DNA of 64,000 nucleotides from an uncultured Candidatus Saccharibacteria bacterium (GCA_964453135.1 CAYVOL010000002.1:55094-119093); one strand, 5' to 3'. Shown: positions 1-10,581, numbered from the stretch's first letter. Program-made: numbers and translations. The notes: generated by a model from the letters alone, not told the origin.

Positions 1-1
1 G

Positions 2-343
2 CGACTGCTGAAAATTACGAGAAAAGAGGCGCTGCAAAAAATTCAGTGGCACAGAGAACAAGGTCATAAACTTGCTATAGCCAGCGCTTCAATGGAAAAC
101 TGGATAGGGCCCTGGGCAAGGCAAGCAGGATTTGAAAAAGTTATAGCGACAGCTCCGGAAGTTAAAGGAGGATTTTTAACCGGAAATTTTCAAACAAAAA
201 ATTGCAATCGCGAAGAGAAGGTCAAAAGATTTTTAGCAGAATATCCGAATAAAAATAATTACAAACTGTATGTTTACGGCGACAGCCGCAAAGACAAGTG
301 GCTTTTTGACATCGCGGATGAAAAATTTTACCAGTCGTTTTGA
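2..343 (+). CDS. HAD-superfamily hydrolase (subfamily IB-like), 5'-partial, continues upstream of the window
   Basis: Frame is open from nt 2 with no upstream stop. The C-terminal region carries the HAD motif ...KLYVYGDSRKDKWLFDIAD. The ORF track shows only the Met-initiated tail 92..343. Confidence 0.5.
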   Translation, partial: RLLKITRKEALQKIQWHREQGHKLAIASASMENWIGPWARQAGFEKVIATAPEVKGGFLTGNFQTKNCNREEKVKRFLAEYPNKNNYKLYVYGDSRKDKWLFDIADEKFYQSF

Positions 344-1488
344 GTATATTTTTCTTCAGCGCATTTTATTGAGTCGCAGCCAGCTTTATAAAGCGTCAGG
401 CGTTTTTCAATGTCCTGCAGAAGATACCCTTTTTCAATTGCGAAGCCAAATTTGGCGTCCGTGGCTTGGCCCGGGATATTGGGCTTGGCAACATTGAAAT
501 TTATAAAATTGTAAAAAAATACAAGCGTGGCGAATAAATAAATTATTTTGGGCCGATCTTTCAACCCAATCCCCAATACAATAAGAGCGAATGGTAAAAG
601 CGGCAAAAGGTAGGCCGGTTTTATCGGGTATTCAAAATAAAGGGCTTCATAGCCGATAATTATAAAAAAAGAAAGCAAAGAAATGGCGCGCCACCTTTCT
701 TGAAAAAAAATTTGGCGTTTTTTTATTGAAATTAGTGACATTGCAACCAGAATGATAAAAGCCGGCAGCCCCCAGAAATAGATATTTTTATAAATAAACC
801 GGCCGGCGCGCAAATAAAAAGTCCAAAATTCCAGCCCGCCTACCCCCGGCGTTAAAAAAATAAAAGTATAACCAGCATTAATAAATGAAGGAAGATAAAA
901 TAATGCCGAAGAAACTCCGCAAAGAAAACCGGCCCAAACAATTTGCTTTCTTTTGTCTTTTGCGGTTAGCCAGAGAAAAACAAAAATTCCAATAGCGGCA
1001 ATGAAAGAAGAGAGTCGGCTACCGACCGATAATCCCAAGAGTAATCCGCCTAGCTGGTATTTGTTTTGCAATAGCAATGCGAAGCCGGCCAAGATAAATC
1101 CTATTGCCCAAACATGGTCTATTGTTGATGTTGCGTTAACCCAAAATATCGGATTCACCGCTATTGTTAGCGCAAGAAATTTATAATTAGGGATTTCAAA
1201 TTTTTTACAGATGAAAATAAAACTATATACTGCGAGCAATGCCATTACAGATGTCCCTAAATTGGTTAATATACTTCCGCCGAGATAGTTTAAAATCATC
1301 GTGAAAAATTCGTGCACGAAATAGCCGGGGTTGCGGGACGGCGTCCAATTTCCGCGGTGGATAAAATTTCTCCCGGTATCAAGCACCAGGTAAATATCGG
1401 GCCAGGAGCCATAGCCGGTGAAAATCAGCGGCAGATACAATAAAAATGGAATAATAAGCGGATAGTATGATACAATAAATCCCAGCAT
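328..1488 (-). CDS. GT-C fold integral-membrane glycosyltransferase (ArnT/PMT-like, GT39/GT83-type)
   Basis: 386 aa, polytopic, at least 9 hydrophobic segments. Architecture and N-terminal loop resemble undecaprenyl-phosphate-sugar dependent GT-C transferases. Assigned by recollection of the family, not by search. Confidence 0.5.
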   Translation of the reverse strand: MLGFIVSYYPLIIPFLLYLPLIFTGYGSWPDIYLVLDTGRNFIHRGNWTPSRNPGYFVHEFFTMILNYLGGSILTNLGTSVMALLAVYSFIFICKKFEIPNYKFLALTIAVNPIFWVNATSTIDHVWAIGFILAGFALLLQNKYQLGGLLLGLSVGSRLSSFIAAIGIFVFLWLTAKDKRKQIVWAGFLCGVSSALFYLPSFINAGYTFIFLTPGVGGLEFWTFYLRAGRFIYKNIYFWGLPAFIILVAMSLISIKKRQIFFQERWRAISLLSFFIIIGYEALYFEYPIKPAYLLPLLPFALIVLGIGLKDRPKIIYLFATLVFFYNFINFNVAKPNIPGQATDAKFGFAIEKGYLLQDIEKRLTLYKAGCDSIKCAEEKYTQNDW

Positions 1489-1511
1489 AATTTAATTATA
1501 CCCAATTCCAG

Positions 1512-2450
1512 ATGCCAATAGAAGCAACAACATTTTTAGAACAAAAATTAGCCAGGCTAAAAGCGCCGATTTTTCTAAATCCGCGTTTTCTGCGGTCTGT
1601 GGGCTTAAGATTTTTAGGATTTCAAGCCTGGCGGGCAAAAGAAATATCTTCGACAGACGCCCTTCTAAATTTATTGCCGAATTATTTTAAGCCCTTGTTT
1701 TTGAACGATAAGCTATATAAATATATTGAGAGGCAGCTTGATGATATTTTTCTCAAAAACGGCATTTACGACGCGAAAGAGATTTTGTTGTTTGGCAATT
1801 CTTTTGCTCCAGCCACAGAGAGAGACGCCGTAACTTCCTGGCTGAATTTTTTTATCCTTGTTTTTCAAATCGATATTTGCGATCAATATCAGGCTCGGAG
1901 ATTTTTAAAGAGAGATTCTGTTGTAATTGACGCCGGAGCGAACATCGGAATTTTTTCTGCTTTGGCCGCTTCTCTTTGCCATGAGGGGCAAATTTATTCT
2001 TTTGAACCGGGAACTAATGCTTTTGCAACTCTTCAAAAAAATTTAGCTTGTTATCACAATGCGAAGGCGATAAATTCGGCATTAGGCGATTTTCCCCACT
2101 CCGGACGATTATATCTCGGTTCAAGCACAACCGTTAATGCTGTGTCTGATGATATAACTGCCCAAACGACAACAACGGAAAAAATTGAAATTAATTCAAT
2201 AGATAATTTTGTTAGAGAAGAAAAGCTAAAAAGAGTTGATTTTATTAAAATTGACACAGAGGGATATGAGGAAAAAGTCATTAAGGGGGCAAGTGAAACG
2301 ATTAAAAAGTTTTCTCCTATTATCGCGACATCGGCTTATCATAGAAAAGATGATAAAAATGCCCTCATTAAACTTATTAAGGGCATAAATCACTCATATA
2401 ATTATACGCTAAACAAAAAGGCTGAAGAGGTTTTGATTTTTTGGAAGTAA
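1512..2450 (+). CDS. FkbM-family methyltransferase
   Basis: SAM-binding motif VIDAGANIGIFS plus IYSFEPGTNAF and the DFIKIDTEGYE motif typical of Methyltransf_21/FkbM. Confidence 0.8.
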   Translation: MPIEATTFLEQKLARLKAPIFLNPRFLRSVGLRFLGFQAWRAKEISSTDALLNLLPNYFKPLFLNDKLYKYIERQLDDIFLKNGIYDAKEILLFGNSFAPATERDAVTSWLNFFILVFQIDICDQYQARRFLKRDSVVIDAGANIGIFSALAASLCHEGQIYSFEPGTNAFATLQKNLACYHNAKAINSALGDFPHSGRLYLGSSTTVNAVSDDITAQTTTTEKIEINSIDNFVREEKLKRVDFIKIDTEGYEEKVIKGASETIKKFSPIIATSAYHRKDDKNALIKLIKGINHSYNYTLNKKAEEVLIFWK

Positions 2451-3376
2451 ATTGTATGCTTAATCCCGATTTTTCCAGAAAAATTAAAAATGTTGATTTA
2501 GAGAATTATGTTTTGCCTTCGGCAATTATTCAAAAAGTTGTCCAGCAAAATCAAAATTTTGATTCCGGGCCGGAATTAAGATTGCAAAAAATTTATGGCG
2601 ACGAATTGTGGCTAAAAATAAAATCTTTGGGACTAAAAGAATCAGATTTTGAAAATAAGAAAATTTTGGATATTTGTTGCGGAACGGGATTTCTTTCGCG
2701 CCATCTTTTGGAGAAGATAAAACCGCGAGAACTGACTTTATTAGACATCAGCGCGAAAGAAATTAGTGAAGCGAAAAAATTATTAGCGCGTTCGCATCCG
2801 GGAGTAAGGATAAATTATATTACTGCCGATTTTTTGAATGCGGAATTCCCGGGAAGATTTGACGTTATTATCGGCAATTCTTTTTTGCATCATTTTTACA
2901 ACATGCCGCTGGCATTAAAGTCAATTTATAATTTATTGGAAAACGGCGGAGTTTTTATTTCTTTGCATGAACCGACAATCGCTTCTATTGCTTTTGAATC
3001 GAGAAATCCTAAAAATTATTTGTCCTATCTAATTAAGGGCAAAAGCTATCTCGACTTTATCAGCGATAAAGGATTAAAAAAATACCCCGATGAATTAGTG
3101 CGGCCGGGCGGCGGCGGCGATGTTTGGGTTTTTCAGCCAGCGGAATTTAAAAAATTATTTCAGAAAACTGGTTTTGTTAAGGTAAAAACGGCTTATTGGC
3201 ATTTTTTGCGGCCGATAGTCGTGGCCATTGCGAGTCTCCATTTAAGCCCTCAAAAACCGCGTCTAAATTTTTTTGAAAAATTTTTTCAGGAATCAGCAAT
3301 AATTTGCGATTCAATTTTAAGGCATATTTTACCAGCGCAATTTTTTGCTTCGGTAGCAATTAAGGCGGAAAAATAA
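2441..3376 (+). CDS. class I SAM-dependent methyltransferase
   Basis: Motif I ILDICCGTGFLS, then LLDIS acidic loop and VIIGNSFLHH. Overlaps the previous gene by 10 nt. Confidence 0.7.
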   Translation: MEVNCMLNPDFSRKIKNVDLENYVLPSAIIQKVVQQNQNFDSGPELRLQKIYGDELWLKIKSLGLKESDFENKKILDICCGTGFLSRHLLEKIKPRELTLLDISAKEISEAKKLLARSHPGVRINYITADFLNAEFPGRFDVIIGNSFLHHFYNMPLALKSIYNLLENGGVFISLHEPTIASIAFESRNPKNYLSYLIKGKSYLDFISDKGLKKYPDELVRPGGGGDVWVFQPAEFKKLFQKTGFVKVKTAYWHFLRPIVVAIASLHLSPQKPRLNFFEKFFQESAIICDSILRHILPAQFFASVAIKAEK

Positions 3377-3389
3377 AAAAATTTATTTT

Positions 3390-4424
3390 ATGCTCAATAT
3401 AATTTCTCGCTCAATTTTATTTAAGAACGTTAGTGGGCCGAAAAAAGTGGCGGAGAATTTGATGAAGGGCTTGGATAAAATCGGCTATCCCTATGTCGTG
3501 AACAAGCGGCTTGACGCCTGCAAGAGATTATGGATTCATGATGATAGGGTTGCGCTCAATAAAATCGCCGGCCTTCCGACGGAAATAAAAGTAATTGTCG
3601 GACCGAATTTATATGATTTTCCTAGAGATATTCCTGATGACGTCGATATTTCGAGGGCAATTTATATTCATCCATCGGAAGCGGCAAAAGAATTTTGGGA
3701 GCATTCCGGATTTAAGAAATGCCCGCTTGATGCATGGCCAACCGGAATTGATACAAATGATTTTTATCCCGACGGACAGAAAAAAGAACTGGTTCTCGTT
3801 TATTTTAAACAGCGGCTGGATTCCGAATTGAAATCCGCCGAGGATCTTTTAAAAGAAAAAAAAATTAAGTATGAGGCACTCGTTTGCTATTCTTATCAGG
3901 AAAATGAATACAAGAGATTATTGCAGAAGGCAAAATATATTTTTTGGATTGGTCGCGGAGAAACTCAAGGGATTGCGCTAGAAGAGGCATTGGCAACAGA
4001 TGTGCCAATTTTAATTTGGGACGTCAGCTCTTTGAAACAATGCACGGTCAATATAAGATTTACTGATAGAGAATTAAAATACCTAGATGCAACTTCAAGC
4101 TCTGCGCCTTATTTCAGCGGCGAATGCGGCTTGAAAGTTAAAGATTTTAGCGAGCTAGGCAGAGCCGTCGATTTTATGGAACAAAATTGGCAGAATCTTC
4201 ACCCGCGGAAATATATTTTAGAAAATCTAAGCTTAGAGAAGCAGGCTAAAGACATGGTTATGTTGTATGAAAAGCATTTTGGCTTGGAATACGAAGATGG
4301 GTTCAGAGAAAAAATTTTAAGACGGGGAAATTGGCTAAATAACAAAGTCCATTATCGTCTCTGGCTCAAAGCAAAACATTTTACAAGAATTTTTTTGGCA
4401 AAATTAAAATTCGGGATGTCATAA
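3390..4424 (+). CDS. divergent GT-B (GT1/GT4-like) glycosyltransferase
   Basis: C-terminal E-x7-E style motif WIGRGETQGIALEEALATDVPIL typical of retaining GT4 enzymes. N-terminal GT-B beta-strand is not obvious. Confidence 0.4.
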   Translation: MLNIISRSILFKNVSGPKKVAENLMKGLDKIGYPYVVNKRLDACKRLWIHDDRVALNKIAGLPTEIKVIVGPNLYDFPRDIPDDVDISRAIYIHPSEAAKEFWEHSGFKKCPLDAWPTGIDTNDFYPDGQKKELVLVYFKQRLDSELKSAEDLLKEKKIKYEALVCYSYQENEYKRLLQKAKYIFWIGRGETQGIALEEALATDVPILIWDVSSLKQCTVNIRFTDRELKYLDATSSSAPYFSGECGLKVKDFSELGRAVDFMEQNWQNLHPRKYILENLSLEKQAKDMVMLYEKHFGLEYEDGFREKILRRGNWLNNKVHYRLWLKAKHFTRIFLAKLKFGMS

Positions 4425-4434
4425 TCAAATCAAA

Positions 4435-5556
4435 ATGTTTTTAAGAAAAAATATCCTTGACGTTAAGGGCGGGCAATATGATTATTTAATCGTGGGCGCC
4501 GGTTTTGCCGGAAGCGTTTTGGCGGAAAGATTAAATGCAATTGGGCGAAGGGTGCTGGTGGTTGACAAGAGAGGGCACATAGGCGGGAATGCTTATGATT
4601 ATTATAATGAGTTTGGCGTGCTCGTCCATAAATACGGCCCACATTATTTTCGGACAAACTTTGATGAAGTTAAAAATTATTTATCAAGATTCACTAAGTG
4701 GAGGATTTACAGATACAAGATAAAAGCAAGCATCAGCGGGCATCTTTACGCATTTCCCATAAACAGAAATACGTTAAATGAATTCTTCAACGTTAATTTA
4801 AGAACCGGAAACGATGCCCAAAAATTTTTAGATTCCAAGCGGTTGGACATAAAAAATCCGAAAAATGCCGAGGAACAGGTTTTGGCCCTCGTCGGCCGGG
4901 AAATTTATAGCGCTTTCTTCAAAAACTATACAATCAAACAATGGGGGATTCATCCCAAAAAACTTAGTCCTTCCGTGACAGCCAGAATTCCCATAAGAAC
5001 AAACACAGATGACGGATATTTGAGCGATAAATTTCAGGCTATGCCCAAAGACGGGTATCGCAATCTTTTTGAAAATCTTTTGGAAGGGATTGAGGTTGTA
5101 TTAAAAGCGGATTACGAAGATATTAGATATAAGATAGGATACAAAAGATTGATTTACACAGGGCCAATTGACGCATTTTTTAACTATAAATACGGTAAAT
5201 TGTCTTATAGAAGTTTATATTTTAAATTTGAAAATTATGACAAAGAATTTTATCAGGATTATTCGCAAATAAATTATCCCAATGAGCGTAGATTTACAAG
5301 AATTGTAGAAATTAAGCATGTGACGGGGCAGAAAATTCCGAGGACAACCATTGTGAGGGAATATCCGAAGCCCAAGGGCGAGCCTTATTATCCTATTCCC
5401 AGCAGGGAAAACGAAGCGCTCTACAATAAGTACAAAAGAGAAGCGGAAGAGCTTAAAAATGTTTACTTTGTCGGGCGGTTAGCCGAGTATAAATACCTTA
5501 ATATGGACCAGGTTGTGAAAGCGGCATTAGATCTTTTTGAGAAACTAGAAAATTAA
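4435..5556 (+). CDS. glf: UDP-galactopyranose mutase
   Basis: FAD-binding N-terminus YDYLIVGAGFAGSVLAERL, then VLVVDKRGHIGGNAYD and GPHYFRTN. Length about 370 aa matches Glf. Confidence 0.9.
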   Translation: MFLRKNILDVKGGQYDYLIVGAGFAGSVLAERLNAIGRRVLVVDKRGHIGGNAYDYYNEFGVLVHKYGPHYFRTNFDEVKNYLSRFTKWRIYRYKIKASISGHLYAFPINRNTLNEFFNVNLRTGNDAQKFLDSKRLDIKNPKNAEEQVLALVGREIYSAFFKNYTIKQWGIHPKKLSPSVTARIPIRTNTDDGYLSDKFQAMPKDGYRNLFENLLEGIEVVLKADYEDIRYKIGYKRLIYTGPIDAFFNYKYGKLSYRSLYFKFENYDKEFYQDYSQINYPNERRFTRIVEIKHVTGQKIPRTTIVREYPKPKGEPYYPIPSRENEALYNKYKREAEELKNVYFVGRLAEYKYLNMDQVVKAALDLFEKLEN

Positions 5557-5557
5557 T

Positions 5558-6514
5558 ATGGCGATAAGCAGAAATAGAAAAAAACCAAAAGTCTCCGTTA
5601 TCATACCCACCTATAATAATTCCTTATTTCTGAAAGCCGCCATCGAAAGCGTTTTGCGGCAAACTTTTCAGGATTTTGAATTGATTATCGTTAACGACGG
5701 TTCAACCGATAACACCGAACAGGTTATCAACCAATTCAGAGTTAACGATGTGCGGATTACTTATATAAAACAGGATAACTTCGGCGGTTTGGCGGGACCG
5801 GTCAACAAGGGATTAAAAATAGCCCAGGGAGATTATATTGCTATTTTGGAAAACGACGATGAATGGCTGCCGGAAAAACTTGAGAAACAGGTTAAATTAT
5901 TAGAGCAATCAGCGCAAGATGTCGGCTGTGCCGGTTGCCACGCCCTAATTGTTGATTGCTTAACAAAAGCCGTTAAGCAGAAAAAAAATAATCCCATAAC
6001 CAGTAACGATCGTGACGCGTTTTTAAGAATTGTTTATGGCGAGAATTTTATGACCACTTTCAGCGTTTTTCTACTAAAAAAGGAGGTTTTCGATGCCGTC
6101 GGAATCATCGATGAAAATTTAAAATACGGAGCGGACAACGATTTTTTCTTCAGGGTTTTCCAAAGGTTCAATCTCGCTATCGTGCCGGATTTTTTGGTAA
6201 AATATAATATCCACGGTTCCAATCTTACAAAAGTTATGTCCGTCGCAAAAATTCAAGAGTTAGAGTACATGCTTCATAAGCATAATGATTTATTTAATAA
6301 GGTCCCGGATATTAAGAGCGCCAGACTGCAAGATGTTGGCGGGCTTTGGTTTTTAAGGGGAGAAAAAAAACGGGCGCGCACATTTTTTGCGGAAGCGATT
6401 AAGATTTCTTCGTCGCGAAGCCGCGTTTATACGAAATACGTTTTCACATTTTTCCCGCTTATTTTTTATAAGATCATTAGAGTCGCCGCCGCATTATTTA
6501 AAAATAGGCAATGA
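5558..6514 (+). CDS. family 2 glycosyltransferase
   Basis: VSVIIPTYNNSLFLKAAIESVLRQTF...ELIIVNDGSTDNT GT-A signature with DxD region. Confidence 0.8.
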   Translation: MAISRNRKKPKVSVIIPTYNNSLFLKAAIESVLRQTFQDFELIIVNDGSTDNTEQVINQFRVNDVRITYIKQDNFGGLAGPVNKGLKIAQGDYIAILENDDEWLPEKLEKQVKLLEQSAQDVGCAGCHALIVDCLTKAVKQKKNNPITSNDRDAFLRIVYGENFMTTFSVFLLKKEVFDAVGIIDENLKYGADNDFFFRVFQRFNLAIVPDFLVKYNIHGSNLTKVMSVAKIQELEYMLHKHNDLFNKVPDIKSARLQDVGGLWFLRGEKKRARTFFAEAIKISSSRSRVYTKYVFTFFPLIFYKIIRVAAALFKNRQ

Positions 6515-7710
6515 AAAACCTTAAAAAAACATTATTGAAAATGCCGCTAGTTTATTCGCTCAACGCTTTTTGGAAGGCAGGGCAAAATACGCGCAAAACG
6601 AAGAAATTGCACGATTTTTATAATAGAAAAGCAGATGAACTCGGCATTAAATATGACGAGAAGGAAATTATCAACAAGGTGAGAGCAAATTTAGCAAAAA
6701 GAGGGATTGTCTTTAATAAGGCAAAAAAAGATTTGAGAATTTTTTGGGTGGGCGCCCATTATGCGCAGGACATGTCTGGAACGCTGCAGGGGTTAAAAAA
6801 AATCGGAGAAATAACCACTTTTCAAAATGAAGAAGACGGATACGGCCTTTTGTGGAGGCAAACCTCAAAAGCCGGAATGAGCGAATCGGAGATAATTGAA
6901 AGCAATAGCCGCATGCTGTTAAAGCAAGTTAGAGAAGATAATCAAAAGGGAAAGATAGATTTGCTAATGGGACAAATGTGGGCGGATGTTTTGGATGTCG
7001 AATCTTTAAAAAAAATTCAGCAAATGGGCATCCCGGTAGTCAACATTTCAATGGATGACAAAATACCTGACCTTTGGGGAAGAAAAAATAATAAAAGAAT
7101 CGGAGCGGTAGGTTTGGTTTCGGGAGTTGATTTGACGCTTACCACTTCGCCGGATACTTGCCTCTGGTATCAGGTAGAAGGAGGAGCGGCTGTGTATTGG
7201 CCACTAGCAAGCGATCCCAATATATTTTATTCAAGAGAGCCGAAAATTTATGATGTAGTTTTTGTTGGCGGCAAATATGGGGTTCGCGGGAAATTAGTCC
7301 AGGCAATAATGGAGGCAGGGGTAAAAATAGAGGCGTTCGGCCCCGGATTTCCCAACGGTTTTATTAGCGCAGATAAAATCGCCGAAGTTTTTGGAAAGGC
7401 AAGAATAATTTTAGGAAGCGGTTATGTTGGCTATAACACCGACATTCTTACTATTAAATTAAGAGATTTTGATGCGACGATGGCGGGGGCTTTATATTTA
7501 ACAAATCGCAATCCAGATTTATTAAAATTATTTGACGAGGGAAAGGAAATTGAATGCTATGATACTATTGAGGAGTGTGTAAGTAAAATTAAATTTTATC
7601 TTGCCGATCCGGATAAATTAAAAACGGTGGCCGAATCCGGCCTGAAAAAAGCCAGAGAAAATTATACCTGGGAAGAAAATATTAAACGGGCATTAGAAAT
7701 TATCGGTTGA
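6511..7710 (+). CDS. CgeB-family / DUF3880-like glycosyltransferase-related protein
   Basis: C-terminal half (DVVFVGGKYG...ILGSGYVGYNTD...DATMAGALYLTN...KLKTVAESGLKKAREN) resembles the CgeB spore-maturation glycosyltransferase-like domain. Start overlaps the upstream stop (ATGA). Confidence 0.45.
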   Translation: MKNLKKTLLKMPLVYSLNAFWKAGQNTRKTKKLHDFYNRKADELGIKYDEKEIINKVRANLAKRGIVFNKAKKDLRIFWVGAHYAQDMSGTLQGLKKIGEITTFQNEEDGYGLLWRQTSKAGMSESEIIESNSRMLLKQVREDNQKGKIDLLMGQMWADVLDVESLKKIQQMGIPVVNISMDDKIPDLWGRKNNKRIGAVGLVSGVDLTLTTSPDTCLWYQVEGGAAVYWPLASDPNIFYSREPKIYDVVFVGGKYGVRGKLVQAIMEAGVKIEAFGPGFPNGFISADKIAEVFGKARIILGSGYVGYNTDILTIKLRDFDATMAGALYLTNRNPDLLKLFDEGKEIECYDTIEECVSKIKFYLADPDKLKTVAESGLKKARENYTWEENIKRALEIIG

Positions 7711-7720
7711 CTTTAATTCT

Positions 7721-9568
7721 ATGTGCGGGATTGCCGGAATTGTCGCTCAAAATTCAAGAAACTGCGAGAAGGAAGTAAGGAAAATGGCGGATGCACTTGG
7801 TCATCGCGGACCGGATGACGAAGGGATTTTTTTAGACGAAAAAAACGGCGTGGCGCTCGGCCATCGCCGACTTTCAATTTTAGATTTGTCGGCTGCGGGC
7901 CACCAGCCGATGGTTTGGCGTGGCGCGCGAGATGAGGAAATTGTCATAGTTTTTAACGGCGAAATTTACAATTTTTTAGAGATTAAGAAAGATTTGCTGG
8001 GGAAAGGATATTCTTTTCGTACTAAAACCGACACCGAGGCGATATTGGCCCTTTATAATGAATACGGCGGAAAATCTTTCGCGATGCTGAAAGGAATGTT
8101 TGCGTTTGCCATGTGGGACGGAGAAAATGAGCAACTCGTTTGCGCTCGCGATCGTTTCGGAGAAAAGCCGCTTTATTACGCTTGGGGCGTTAATGGCGAA
8201 TTTATTTTTGCTTCGGAGATTAAGGCGATTTTGGCTTCGGGATTGGTAAAGCCGATTTTGGATTTGGAATCCGTTTCTTGTTATTTGGGGCATCTTTATG
8301 TTTATCCAAACAAGACGATTTATAAGAATATCCATACTTTGCCGGCGGGGCATCAACTTGCATACAAAAATGGCGAAGTGGAAATAAAAAGATATTGGAA
8401 TTTGCCGCCGGTGAACCAAAAAATCACTCTTGACGAAGTGATTCCGGTTTTCAGAAATTTATTAAATCAAGCGGTGGAGCGGCAGTTGATAGCCGATGTG
8501 CCGGTGGGCGCTTTTTTGAGCGGCGGCTTGGATTCTTCAACGATTGTGGCGGTTGCTTCGCAATTTAAGCCGAAAATAAAAACTTTTTCTTTCGCTTTTC
8601 GCGATTCAATTGACGAGACGCCATACGCGCGCGAGATTGCCAAGAAATATAATACCGACCACGTTGAGCTTTTTGATGACGGAGAAGATTTGGGAGAATT
8701 GTTTATAAAAATGCAGGAAATTTACGATGAGCCGCTCGGCGATTCCTCTAATATCCCGACATATTTAATTTCTAAATTGGCGCGGCAGTACACGAAAGTC
8801 GTTTTAACAGGAGATGGCGGTGACGAAATATTGGGCGGTTATGGCTGGTACAAGCCGTTTTTATATTTAAATTCAAAGGATAGCGTTTTTTGGCGCAATC
8901 AATTCGTGTATTTTATCGCGCGAGCGGTTCGGCGAATAAACGGCAATCAATTTTTGCTGCATAAAGTTTTAGGCGCGCGACATGAAGCAGTTAGTGATGT
9001 TGTTCAAGTGCATTTAGCAACTCAGCAAAATGTTTTTAATAATGCGGAACTAGCAGCGTTGGACCTGCCGCAATTTTTAGAAAAAAACTATTATCAGCCG
9101 AGTTGGAAAGCAGAAAATAACTTAAACGATGTTTTTCGAGTTGATCTAGAAAATTATATGCCGGGCGATATCTTGGTGAAAACCGACCGAGCATCAATGG
9201 CGAATGGATTGGAATTGCGCGCGCCGTTTTTGGATGTAGATTTAGCTTCGTTTTGCATTTCTCTGCCATATCAATTAAAAGTAAACAAAGATAGCGATAA
9301 AATAATTTTGCATAAGGCAGCGGCTGATTTATGGACGCCGTCTATTCGAAAACGGACGAAGCAGGGCTTTGGCGCGCCGGTTGGAAAATGGTTGCAAGAG
9401 AAATCATTGGCGGGTTTGAGGCGCGATTATTTACAGAATTCCAAAAGAAAAATTTTTGATGTAATTTCTTTTGATGCGTCGCAACTGTTCGCCGCTAAAA
9501 ATAATTATCAGACATGGGCGCTACTGGTTTTGGCGCTATGGATGGAAAAGCATAACTTTGATTTATGA
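7721..9568 (+). CDS. asnB: asparagine synthetase-like glutamine amidotransferase (class II GATase, AsnB/WbpS-type)
   Basis: N-terminal MCGIAGIV with catalytic Cys2, PP-loop SGGLDSS, 615 aa. In glycan clusters these enzymes amidate uronic acids. Confidence 0.85.
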   Translation: MCGIAGIVAQNSRNCEKEVRKMADALGHRGPDDEGIFLDEKNGVALGHRRLSILDLSAAGHQPMVWRGARDEEIVIVFNGEIYNFLEIKKDLLGKGYSFRTKTDTEAILALYNEYGGKSFAMLKGMFAFAMWDGENEQLVCARDRFGEKPLYYAWGVNGEFIFASEIKAILASGLVKPILDLESVSCYLGHLYVYPNKTIYKNIHTLPAGHQLAYKNGEVEIKRYWNLPPVNQKITLDEVIPVFRNLLNQAVERQLIADVPVGAFLSGGLDSSTIVAVASQFKPKIKTFSFAFRDSIDETPYAREIAKKYNTDHVELFDDGEDLGELFIKMQEIYDEPLGDSSNIPTYLISKLARQYTKVVLTGDGGDEILGGYGWYKPFLYLNSKDSVFWRNQFVYFIARAVRRINGNQFLLHKVLGARHEAVSDVVQVHLATQQNVFNNAELAALDLPQFLEKNYYQPSWKAENNLNDVFRVDLENYMPGDILVKTDRASMANGLELRAPFLDVDLASFCISLPYQLKVNKDSDKIILHKAAADLWTPSIRKRTKQGFGAPVGKWLQEKSLAGLRRDYLQNSKRKIFDVISFDASQLFAAKNNYQTWALLVLALWMEKHNFDL

Positions 9569-10581
9569 CCCCATTTATTTCAATTTGCATCCCGAGTTAT
9601 AACCGGCCGAAAGAACTTTTGCGGCTGTTAAAAAGCGTTGATGCGTTAAAATTCGACGATATCGAGATTGTCGTTGCGGAAGATAAAAGCGTGAAAAGAG
9701 ATGAGATTAGAAGCGAGGTTGAGAAATTCAAAAAAGAAACAAAATACAGAATTGTTTACAAGGAAAATGAAAATAATTTTGGTTATGATAAAAATCTGCG
9801 GGAGTTAATTAACAATGCCGCTGGCGAGTGGATTATTTATATGGGCGATGACGACATTTTTGTTCCCGGCGTCCTGGATAAATTTATTCTTTTTTTGAAA
9901 GAACACAATGATTTGGGGTATGTTTTGAGGTCGTATAATGTTATTCATTATGGTGGCGAAACGGAAAAATTTCGGTATTTTGAAGGAAACAAATTTTTTG
10001 ATCCGGGATTTTACGCGTATCTTTCTTTATTTAGGAAAAGCGTTTTTATTTCCGGTTTTACAATCAAACGAGAATTGGCGAAGCGTTTTTTGATCGGCGA
10101 TTTTGACGGAACCCTGCTTTTCCAGTTGTATTTGGCGGCAGAAGTCGTTTTAAAATTTCCTTCGGCATATTTCGACGAGCCATTAACCAATGCTTACGAA
10201 AAAGAATTAAAGCCGGAGTTCGGTTCATCCGAGGCGGAAAAGAAATTCTACACCCCCGGCGCGATAACAATTGAAAATTCAATAAATTTTATGAAGGGAT
10301 TTTTAAAGATAGCCGATTATATCGATAAAAAGTATAATTTCAATTCGGCGGAAATTATTCAATGGGACATCTCAAAGTATTCCTATCCGGTTTTATCAAT
10401 TCAGCGCGATAAAGGCTTGAAAGAATTTTTAAGATATGTAAAAGAATTAAACAAATTGGGTTTTAACATTACGATTTATTATTATATTTACATTATCGCT
10501 TTGATTTTATTTGGAAAAAAATTTTGCGATTATTCAATTTTTTTTATTAAGAAAATTTTAGGTAAAACCCCTGAATTATAA
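9565..10581 (+). CDS. family 2 glycosyltransferase
   Basis: ISICIPSYNRPKELLRLLKSV...IEIVVAEDKS GT-A N-terminus. 4-nt overlap with asnB. Confidence 0.7.
   Translation: MTPFISICIPSYNRPKELLRLLKSVDALKFDDIEIVVAEDKSVKRDEIRSEVEKFKKETKYRIVYKENENNFGYDKNLRELINNAAGEWIIYMGDDDIFVPGVLDKFILFLKEHNDLGYVLRSYNVIHYGGETEKFRYFEGNKFFDPGFYAYLSLFRKSVFISGFTIKRELAKRFLIGDFDGTLLFQLYLAAEVVLKFPSAYFDEPLTNAYEKELKPEFGSSEAEKKFYTPGAITIENSINFMKGFLKIADYIDKKYNFNSAEIIQWDISKYSYPVLSIQRDKGLKEFLRYVKELNKLGFNITIYYYIYIIALILFGKKFCDYSIFFIKKILGKTPEL

Noticed and set aside
270-2281. Small ORFs 270..497 +, 953..1186 + and 2054..2281 - overlapping the HAD, GT-C and FkbM genes
   Set aside because: Antisense or out-of-frame overlaps of long, motif-supported genes. 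No independent evidence.
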